Positions 35,340 through 44,555 of a stretch of 64,000 bases of DNA are shown here, in pieces (within the stretch, counting starts at the first letter, position 1; the number at the start of each line of letters is the position of its first letter). Location: positions 8,631,124 through 8,695,123 of the forward strand of contig CM082596.2 of assembly GCA_040954595.2 (NCBI GenBank). Reading direction: 5' to 3'. The DNA is from Balanoglossus misakiensis (lineage: Eukaryota; Animalia; Hemichordata). The position numbers were made by a program, and so were the translations under genes. The notes beneath the pieces were generated by a model, which was given only the letters and a program-made list of their open reading frames with translations, was not told the origin of the DNA and did not search any database.

Positions 35340-35809
35340 ATCGCTTCTCGGCCTTTTGGCTAAGATCATGTGTTGTACGGCCTTTATGGCTACGATCACG
35401 TTTTCGTACGGCCTTTTTGGCTACGATCATGTTTTCGTACGGCCTTTTTGGCTAGATCATGTTTTGGACGGCCTTTTTGGCTGAGACCATGTTTTCGTAC
35501 GGCCTTTTTGGCTGACACCATGTTTTCGTACGGCCTTTTTGGCTGAGACCATGTTTTGGACGGCCTTTTTGGCTAAGATCATGGCCTTTTTGGCTAAGAT
35601 CATGAGTATGTGTAGATTCGGTTTCGATTTCGGTCATACCCCATCTCAAACAGGAGTATCTGTTCTTATCAGCTTAATATCTGATACGTTGCTCACCGAG
35701 CAGCTCGATATTAAACTGATTTTTGGAAACGGGCCATGGAATAGGGGCTTGCTCCGTCCTGGCCACGGATCGACCTGGTATTGCAGTACCACCAGGAAAC
35801 GGTCCACCT
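35340..35809 (+). ncRNA. RNU2: U2 snRNA gene or pseudogene interrupted at the branch-point recognition region
   Basis: ATCGCTTCTCGGCCTTTTGGCTAAGATCA at 35340-35368. At 35655-35809: AGTATCTGTTCTTATCAG.TTAATATCTGATACG, Sm site GATTTTTGG, GGAATAGG.GCTTGCTCCGTCC and ATCGACCTGGTATTGCAGTACC.CCAGG. Confidence 0.93.
35349..35604 (+). repeat. Nine tandem ~29-31 bp copies of U2 nt ~10-38
   Basis: (C)GGCCTTTTTGGCT.AGATCATGTTTTCGTA units starting at 35349, 35378, 35409, 35440, 35469, 35500, 35531, 35561 and 35583. Confidence 0.92.
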
Positions 35810-36363
35810 CACAAATAAATCAAAAGTAAGACTTAAAAATGATTTCTGAAATGTGGAAAGCACTGAAATTCTCTTCATACCAGTTCTGGTTTTTATATCT
35901 ACATGTGTATGTACCAGAGCAGTTTGCTTCATCTAAATCTTCAAAGCAAGTTTTTTTTTTAACCTCAAAAATTAATAATTGTAGAATGTGTCAAAGCTAT
36001 GGACAGCATAAGAATACCACACCGCGTAAGTAAAAGACGTCGCCGTTCCCTACATCTGATTTTAATCAGATTGTAAAAACCCATGCAACAGCTCCAAATG
36101 TTTGAAATTGGAGTTTAGCATAACATGTAGAAGTACTCGATATATAATCAATAGACCATTTTCCCCGGTTTTTCCGGATTCCAAGAGACACTGCAAGATC
36201 TTGCATGACTAACAAGCACAAAAATTGCGAGTTTTAATTTGTCAAGGCCAAAATAAAAAATATGTGCTAGCTGTTCCATTTACCCGACCTACCCTTATTA
36301 TAACCCGCCGACCCTAAACATTGACAAACAAACAGCAAGGAATGACATTTTTTTAAAAATTTT

Positions 36364-36397
<34 letters not shown>
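36364..36397. repeat. (CAT)n microsatellite
   Basis: Direct reading. Confidence 0.95.
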
Positions 36398-37367
36398 AGA
36401 TTCCCCTGCCTGTTCCCCGTATTTCAATTGCTAATTAAGTTGGTCATTTGGCACCACCCGGTTACATTCCTGACAACAGAGCATAATTATGACAAACCCA
36501 AGTGACTAGTCCAGGGGGAAAGTGTGAAAACCCGGGTGTAAACAGAAGTTTGACCAATGTGGTGACAAAAAAGGGACATTTGATATGCGACGGTGAGGGA
36601 GGAAACTGATTTGATCAGCATATAAAAGCTACATATGCTGGAATCGTCGACGAGTGCCGTAAACAAGGACATGCCTTTGACAAAAAATCAATAGCTGTTA
36701 CCTCGATTTTGTAATCACTACAAGTATCAATTGAATACCTCTACATCACACATATCTGACAAATCCACACTTTGGTCCAATTTCTCTCTTTAAAAAAAGT
36801 ATTTTATTCGAGAATTCAGACAGAAAATAAAATATTTCCATATCTTATGACATGCATTGATCAACACATCTTGAAACATGAATATCCCTCCACGACCATC
36901 AAAAATATATTTCAAATTCTCTCCATAAATATGCATTATAGGCTTAATGAAATATATAATAACTAACACATTCCCAGTCACACAAGATTCCTGGGCATTC
37001 CGTGAATTACTACAGAGGTTTTCCAGGAATATTAGCAGCGTACAATATCCTTTTTCAGAGATAGAGAAATTAATGAATTCTGTACAGCAACATACATAGT
37101 TGATTTTTTAATCATGGTCTTCATATACAGCTGTGAATTTGATTCATCAAGTCTTTCACAGAGTTGCTTCAATTTCAAGCAGACTTTACGAGAATAACGC
37201 ATCTTGGTAAACCCTCTTTCGACTCTGAGGTCGAACATGACCAATCCAAAACAATGGATTTGGATCAAACCACTGTGGTGAAAGGGTTAAACTACTACTA
37301 ATTGAAAAGACCAGTTACACATGATTCATAGGTGAAATTTGGCAGCTGTGATTGAAAAGAAATGTCA

Positions 37368-38869
37368 TCATGGTCTTTCATTTGAATGGATCCTCATGTG
37401 CCTCTTCTGATGGCCACTCTGTCTAAATGTTTTCCCACATTCTTTACATGCAAATGGTCTTTCATTTGAATGGATCCTCATGTGTTTCTTTAGACCTTCT
37501 CTCCATGTAAATGTTTCCCCACATTCATTGCATTCAAATGGTCTTTCATTTGAATGGATCCTCATGTGGCTCTTCTGATGGCCACTCCGTCTAAATGTTT
37601 TCCCACATTCTTTACATGCAAATGGTCTTTCATTTGAATGGATCCTCATGTGTTCCTTTAGACTGTCTCTCCGTGTAAATGTTTTTCCACATTCATTGCA
37701 TGCAAATAGTCTTTCATTTGAATGGATCCTCATGTGTTCCTTTAGACCGTCTCTCCGTGTAAATGTTTTTCCACATTCATTGCATGCAAATGGTCTTTCA
37801 TTTGAATGGATCCTCATGTGTTTCTTCTGATCGCCACTCCATTTAAATGTTTTCCCACATTCTTTACATGCAAATGGTCTTTCATTTGAATGGGTCTTCA
37901 TGTGTTCCTTTAGACTGTCTCTCCGTGTAAATGTTTTTCCACATTCATTGCATGCAAATGGTCTTTCATTTAAATGGATCCTCATGTGTTCCTTTAGACT
38001 GTCTCTCCGTGTAAATGTTTTTCCACATTCATTGCATGCAAATGGTCTTTCATTTGAATGGGTCTTCATGTGTTCCTTTAGACTGTCTCTCCGTGTAAAT
38101 GTTTTTCCACATTCATTGCATGCAAATGGTCTTTCATTTGAATGGATCCTCATGTGTTCCTTTAGACTGTTTCTCTGTGTAAATGTTTTTCCACATTCAT
38201 TGCATGCAAATGGTCTTTCATTTGAATGGATCCTCATGTGTTCCTTTAGACTGTTTCTCTGTGTAAATGTTTTTCCACATTCATTGCATGCAAATGGTCT
38301 TTCATTTGAATGGGTCTTCATGTGTTCCTTTAGACTGTCTCTCCGTGTAAATGTTTTCTCACATTCTTTACATGCAAATGGTCTATCATTTGAATGGATC
38401 CTCATGTGTTCCTTTAGACTGTCTCTCCGTGTAAATGTTTTTCCACATTCATTGCATGCAAATGGTCTTTCATTTAAATGGATCCTCATGTGTGTCTTCT
38501 CATCGCCACTCCATCTAAATGTTTTTCCACATTCTTTACATGCAAATGGTCTTTCATTTGAATGGATCCTCATGTGTTTCTTCTCATCGCCACTCCATTT
38601 AAATGTTTTCCCACATTCTTTACATGCAAATGGTCTTTCATTTGAATGGGTCTTCATGTGTTTCTTTAGACTCCCTCTCCGTCTAAATGTTTTCCCACAC
38701 TCTTCAAGTACTAACCATCTTCGGCCCTGTCCACTGTTGCAATCGTGATGCAACATGTCTGATCCACCAAGTTCTTGACCATGTTCAACATGTTGACTGC
38801 TGACATCATCCAGTAGGCTCACTTGAATATGGCCAGAGTGTGCCAGAGTCTGGATTATCAGTGATACAT
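37368..38869 (-). CDS. C2H2 zinc-finger array exon, copy A (15 complete + 1 partial finger)
   Basis: 84-bp repeats encoding FACxECGKTF-x6[12 protein letters not shown]. Phase-1 acceptor (TTTTGTTATCATCCAACAG on the minus strand) at 38870, with the frame open to TGA at 37368. Confidence 0.88.
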
Positions 38870-39082
38870 CTGTTGGATGATAACAAAACAGCTACTTAAA
38901 TACAGGCTTCAAGCACACTTAATAAGTAACATTACTACTGATTACCAATCACATCGTCTCAGGGTGTCAGGAGACAGATTCCCTCTTCTGAACCCTCCCC
39001 CCCCCCCACACACACACCCTTTAACGTTGCCGGCTAATGGCTGATGCCCATCTTGAGATAGGTTATACTGAAGATAACTTAA

Positions 39083-39701
39083 AGGGGAAATCCGCTGTAG
39101 CTGATTTCTACATAATTTGGTAGCTTTGATGTCTCTCTTTCAGAAAAAAACATATTCGCCATGTATAGGTCGCGCGATTTTTTACAAAATCTAGGGAAAA
39201 TTGGCAGAATTTCCAATATGGCGTTTACTGTAATTTGAATCATGGGAAAAAAAGCGCCAGGACCAACTTCCGCCCACCTTGGTGTGGGTGATACCATTTT
39301 CCGATTGGTGTCACTGTGTCACAAGCTAAGCGTATTTGCATATTTTTCATGGGTTATAGCTCATGAAAACTGTCAATAGATGACAAATTTTCGACTTTGC
39401 TGATGATTGTTTATCAACTGATGCAAAGAACAAACAATAGCTATGAAAATACGCCTAGTCTGTCGCCCAGTGACACCAATCGGAGAATGGTATCACCCAC
39501 ACCATGGTGGGCGGAAGTTGCTCCTGGCGCTTTTTTTCCCATGATTCAAATTACAGTAAACGCCATATTGGAAATTCTGCCAACTTTCCCTAGATTTTGT
39601 AAAAAATCGCGCGACCTATACATGGCGAATATGTTTTTTTCTGAAAGAGAGACATCAAAGCTACCAAATTATGTAGAAATCAGCTACAGCGGATTTCCCC
39701 T
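39083..39701. mobile_element. Kolobok-type MITE with long TIRs, TTAA TSD
   Basis: TTAA|AGGGGAAATCCGC...GCGGATTTCCCCT|TTAA with TIRs over 230 bp. Empty site at ~56008 in copy B. Confidence 0.9.
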
Positions 39702-39925
39702 TTAAGCAATCATGTATGAGCAGACTGATTATTTGTTGATGTACTGAACTATTGGCAAAGAATGATCACAACAATGGTGTGATTGACTTCAAGGGAACAC
39801 CCCCTTTCAATTTGTATACATCATCTTTCTCCAAAGGGAAAGCTTTGTTCATGCTGTCTTTTGTTTCAAGAGACAAGAAACAGCAGGACTAGTAATATGT
39901 AACAAAAGAGATTATGCTTGCTTAC

Positions 39926-40048
39926 CATCAAAGGATTCAGCACCCTCTTCAAATCGATGTGTTACTTTACTATGTGATGATTCCAACAGTCTGCCAAGTT
40001 CATGTAACTTATTTGAATGTCTGTACTGTGTGCACACTTCAAAACATT
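39926..40048 (-). CDS. Putative upstream exon of ZF gene copy A (CFEVCTQYRHSNKLHELGRLLESSHSKVTHRFEEGAESFD)
   Basis: CTTACTTTTCCAG acceptor, G|GTAAGC donor, 123 bp, open, phase 1-1 and compatible with the ZF exon. Conserved in copy B. Confidence 0.5.
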
Positions 40049-40419
40049 CTGGAAAAGTAAGGCATGAGTATTAAGTTACATAAGGTGACAGTCTATATTT
40101 TCTTTGTGCATGACCATTCCCAATAAACAACTATGAATAATGCAAACATTACATTAATCCAAAACCCCTGACTTGCTGCACCAGGGTTTACGTTAAAATT
40201 TAGAGTATACGGGGATTACCGCGGGTAGTTACCATATACATGTAGTTTATACATTGTTGTTGAGGTGGTTGATTTCTTTAAAAATTACACAATTTACAAC
40301 ACCCCTGCAAGTATGTGGACAGCAAAACTAGATTGTGTCACCAGTCACAGTGGATTAGAGGGTGAGCAGTGAAAAAAAACATGAACCATGATGGTTTGAG
40401 GTGGCGTCTGGAGGGAAAC

Positions 40420-40541
40420 TAGACTCTCTCACAGCCCCTCTCGTCGTCCATGCAGGCTTATGGACTGATTGCATGTGTGCCAACACCAACACCGCGTCAG
40501 TGAAGAGCCTTGCAGCGAACCGTGGGCTGTGAGAGAGTCTA
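40420..40541. mobile_element. 122-bp MITE, TAG..CTA termini, 9-bp TSD
   Basis: TAGACTCTCTCACAGCCC / GGGCTGTGAGAGAGTCTA with TSD GAGGGAAAC. Also present in copy B (56710-56831). Confidence 0.85.
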
Positions 40542-40785
40542 GAGGGAAACATGCTGGTCATCATTCAGAATCTTTAAATTCTGACTGGCCAAACCCCACA
40601 CATATCTGTTGCATATGTTTTTAAAACTCTAAAGCCATTTTTTCAAGCTGGTTAAAAAAAACAACTGAAGACTTTATGAGGATATTCCCTGTGGAAAAGC
40701 GCATATACTTGGATCTTTTCGATGCTTGGTGCATGTGGGATTGGGGCAGGGAACCAGACTACTACTGTCTATCACTTGACTGCAA

Positions 40786-41890
40786 CATAGACCCTAGAGA
40801 AAGAAGGACGCGCAACTCCAGGTTTTTCTTGAAACGATGTTCTTTTGCATACATTATTTTCGGATAATCCCCAATAATCCAATTTGCAAATAAACTATGT
40901 ATAAACTAACGCAAAGTCTCGCGTTTTGCGAGAAAAGACGAGAAAACTGCAACGTGGTTGAACTGCAGCGATCATTTATGGAACACATCTGGACAAGTTA
41001 AACACGAATTTGGCACTTCTGAGTCTGACAGCGTCCAAAACAAGCATCTTTTGTCTAACAGTCCTGGTATTTGACAAGGCTGTGAGCTAACCGTACCTAG
41101 GGTTTCCTGTCGTCGTCAACCACGAAAAACCAAGATGGCGGCCATAGCGCACACGTGAAAATCCACAAAGTTTGTTTACAAATTGTTTTCGTGAAATCTG
41201 TTTCATTGTTCACGCACTGCGAAATAAAATGCCCCTAAACCACAATTTTTGTTTCAATGCTTCACGCAAACATAAAATTATTACGAAAAGTGTCAGCATT
41301 ACCAAGAAGTATGAGTGCCCAGTCGGACATGCAAAAAACATGGATGATTTGTTTACAATTTTTAAATGAAGCCTGTGGCACTAGAAATGACCGTTCAACC
41401 GACAGACGAACACCAAACCATTATAAATAATACAGAAAACGTAATACTTTTTGAATTTTATAAAAAAACGCAGTGGCTGCTGAAATATAGGAGTGCCAGT
41501 TTTGGTTACTGTCGCGCATCACAGAGTTGCGTTTAGTTTTTTGGTGATATGTTAGTGATATGCTAATGACATCGACGCGTGCCAAAGTGGAGATTCACGC
41601 CTGCCACAGTCCTAGGTGTTAAAGGTATACGGTCACCTCCAATTTACATATCGCCATATTTAGTTGAAATGGCGTATTTGAGTGTTCTAAAGAACGCTTT
41701 ATTTTCGCGTGTGCCACCCACTGAAAATCTGTGATTGGTTAGATCTCAATTTACCATAGTAACAGTGGCTAAATTTGTATACGTGACCGTATACCTTTAA
41801 TTATATGCAAAAGAACATCATCATACCAATAATCACCAAACCCTTTGATCTTTGCCGCAGTTGCGCGTCCTTCTTTCTCTAGGGTCTATG
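40786..41890. mobile_element. Non-autonomous DNA transposon with CATAG..CTATG ends and 7-bp TSD (P-like)
   Basis: TIR CATAGACCCTAGAGAAAGAAGGACGCGCAACT, TSD ACTGCAA. Empty site (inverted) at ~57150-57165. Confidence 0.85.
41623..41796. mobile_element. Small Kolobok-type MITE nested in the P-like element
   Basis: TTAA|AGGTATACGGTCAC...GTGACCGTATACCT|TTAA. Confidence 0.8.
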
Positions 41891-43131
41891 ACTGCAAGCA
41901 GTAACAAGCTTTGATTTTTGGGAGTAGGTGATTCACACTTTAAAACAAAGCCTAGGCTATCGACTAGCATCCAACTTTGTTTCAATGTATTTGTATGACA
42001 TTATTGTTCAAAATTCGAAGAAAAAGCTCAGCACACAACATATTTTTCTTCGAATTTTCATCTCGCCCACCAGATTATAGCCCTGTTCGTGACGTCACAC
42101 CGCGCGCGGACAAGAATACGTCTGAATGTTTGACAGACTCGAATTATCAAACTCAAGAGTAACATATGCAATGATGGACACATACCAGCTCTTGTCAAGT
42201 GGTTGCAAATTACGGATGATCTTGGTGTGGCATCCATTTGGTTTCCACTTTTCGACAACGCACTCTGGAGCGTGTTGACTTCCTCCATTTTACTCTTGAA
42301 ATGTTTCGAGTACTGAAGTTAGTGTCGGTTTCGGTTTCGGATTCATTTTCGGATTCGGGTTCGAGAGACTGAAAGTTACAGCATTTTCGCATTTTCGGGC
42401 GACCATCGCGGTTTGGCATCTGCAGTACAAGTATGAAAATAACTCTGTAAAAAATATGGATATAACTCTCTCGACATGTTATGTATGATAATTTTGGCAC
42501 CAAAACTCTGTTTTTTTACATCGGAAATTGTTAAATACATATTTTATCATCGAAAAACATACTTCGATGATAAAAAGATAATATTTTGTAATTTTCGGCT
42601 TGAATAAATATTGTTTGGGTGAGAAAAATGTCATACATAACAACTATCAGCGGTGGGGATTGGGGTCAGGGAACCAGACTAGTACATGTATCATTCAACT
42701 CGACGATACTGAAATAAGCCTCGGATTCGGTTTCAGTTTCGGATTCGGAATCGGTTTCGAGAGACTGAAAATTTCGAGGGCATCTGCGTACGAGTGATAG
42801 AGTGTGGGACTGGGGGCCTCGACATGTGTTTGACTCTCGCTTGGGATTCTCCCTGTATTGAGGGTTGAGGGCGCCAGACAGGGGTCGGGGGTCAACGGCA
42901 GATCTGGGGTTCCACGAGGCAAGGGTTTCTTGTGTATGTACCGTACGTGAGGCAGCGAGATAAACAATACAACCTCTTGTTCGTGAGACGTCGTCCCCGT
43001 GTGCTTATATTAATCAACATTAACACTGGTGGCAGCGGTGGGATCAAGCATACATCGTGGTGAGCTGAGGAACTGACGTTAAATTGAACTTTAATTTTGG
43101 AACATCGTACTGTAGTTTTCCGAGAAACAAG

Positions 43132-44019
43132 ATGGCGTCCAATGTTGTGCCATGGGATGGTAGCGACAATACAAAAATCGAAAGCCACATCAGTCAAGTC
43201 GAGGCTTATTTTACGGCCAAAGGAATCGAGGATGAAACAAAGAAGGTAGCGTTCCTTCATTTTTCACTGAAGGGTGAAGCAAAAGACTACTTCACTGAGT
43301 TACAACAAAACCAACGTGATACGTTTGCTCATGCTGCACAGGCTTTGAAGGACCGTTTTAAGAAATTGAAAACATCAATCCACTATCAACGTGAGCTGGC
43401 AGAACGTAAACAGAAAGTTGGGGAAACTGTCCATGAGCTGAAGTTTGCCATCCTTACTCTCGTGTCACGTGCCTATCCTACAGTTAAGGATTTGGATGCT
43501 GTTCAAGCTTTAGCAGTGGCCCATTTTCGTACTGCCCTACATGCTGACATTGGTACTAAGTTGGACTGGGTCACAGATGAAAAGGCAACCTTAGATGATC
43601 TAACAGCGAAAGCAGCCCAGATAGAAAGAGATGTGACTGTTAGAGTTGTCACAACTTCCGAAAACGAAAGCAATATTGAGGCTGGGGATAACGCAGTTTT
43701 AAACGATGTAGTACAGAAATTGGAAGAATTGACCACGGGACAGCAGCAACTGGCCAGCACAGTAGCAACTATTCAGACCCAAGTAACAAATAGAGGAAGA
43801 GGTCGCGGTCGAGGAAGAGGGAGAGGTGTTTCAGGATCCTGTTTTGTCTGCGGTCAACCCGGACACTTTGCTCGCAACTGCATGTATAATGCCAATGCAC
43901 AAGCCAGAATTCCAGGCCGTGGTTTTGCAGGTCGGTGTCACCGTTGTCAACAGCTGGGTCATCGTGCAGCTGAGTGTACAGCCCCAAGTCCTGTTTCTAC
44001 AATTCCGGGAAACTTCTAG
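43132..44019 (+). CDS. gag: Gypsy Gag with RG-rich tract and two CCHC knuckles
   Basis: CFVCGQPGHFARNC and CHRCQQLGHRAAEC, plus an MHR-like QKVGETV motif. Confidence 0.92.
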   Translation: MASNVVPWDGSDNTKIESHISQVEAYFTAKGIEDETKKVAFLHFSLKGEAKDYFTELQQNQRDTFAHAAQALKDRFKKLKTSIHYQRELAERKQKVGETVHELKFAILTLVSRAYPTVKDLDAVQALAVAHFRTALHADIGTKLDWVTDEKATLDDLTAKAAQIERDVTVRVVTTSENESNIEAGDNAVLNDVVQKLEELTTGQQQLASTVATIQTQVTNRGRGRGRGRGRGVSGSCFVCGQPGHFARNCMYNANAQARIPGRGFAGRCHRCQQLGHRAAECTAPSPVSTIPGNF

Positions 44020-44555
44020 TGGCTGGGGGAGAAGGTCAGTCTTCCCCAGCTCATCCTGAAATGACCAAACCCATCGTATCTGTTGCTGGACTTGCACAAC
44101 CACTGCCAAATGGGATTGAAATACAAGGACAGATCGGGGGAAAGAAATTTACCTGGTTACTTGATACAGGGGCACAAATCAGTGTAGTTGTCGATTCCTT
44201 GGTCAAAGGAGCAAACGGAACATTTGCACCAGCACTCTATGCACCACAGGGAGCCAATGGGTCAGACCTAGGGACAGTATGTGACATCATCACTGATTGT
44301 GAAATTGGTAACCATGCAGTAAAGCAACATAGATTCACTGTTGTCAGGCAGTCAACTTACCCAGCAATAATTGGGATGGACCTCTTTCCATCACTACCAG
44401 TGCATCTTTCAATAGGAAAAGATGTTTACTACGACTCTACACAGTCTACAAATAGAAATTTCACAAGAGGTGTTGCCCAAGCTCCATATCATGAACAACG
44501 TTCTGCCCGTCCCATGGTATGTCGTATTCATGCAGCAAATACAGTCAATATTTAA
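44007..44555 (+). CDS. pro: Gypsy aspartic protease reached by -1 frameshift
   Basis: LLDTGAQISV and IIGMD motifs. Slippery site G GGA AAC at 44007-44013. The frame ends at TAA 44555, out of frame with RT. Confidence 0.85.
   Translation, partial: GKLLVAGGEGQSSPAHPEMTKPIVSVAGLAQPLPNGIEIQGQIGGKKFTWLLDTGAQISVVVDSLVKGANGTFAPALYAPQGANGSDLGTVCDIITDCEIGNHAVKQHRFTVVRQSTYPAIIGMDLFPSLPVHLSIGKDVYYDSTQSTNRNFTRGVAQAPYHEQRSARPMVCRIHAANTVNI

Noticed and set aside
35349-35604. ~30-bp repeats as a CRISPR-like array
   Set aside because: Head-to-tail with no spacers, and the unit derives from U2 snRNA.
37648-38748. Plus-strand ORFs (MCSFRLSLRVNVFPHS...) over the ZF arrays, also at 55 kb and 63 kb
   Set aside because: Antisense shadows of the 84-bp finger repeat.
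39079-39705. Mirror-image ORFs on both strands (also 34134-34835)
   Set aside because: Translations of MITE terminal inverted repeats.
40355-40564. 69-aa ORF conserved in both duplicates as a first exon
   Set aside because: Most of it is a 122-bp MITE. Its conservation reflects the recent duplication.
37368-40600. Calling the ZF genes PRDM9 or KRAB-ZNF
   Set aside because: No PR/SET, SSXRD or KRAB motif is recognisable in the unit.
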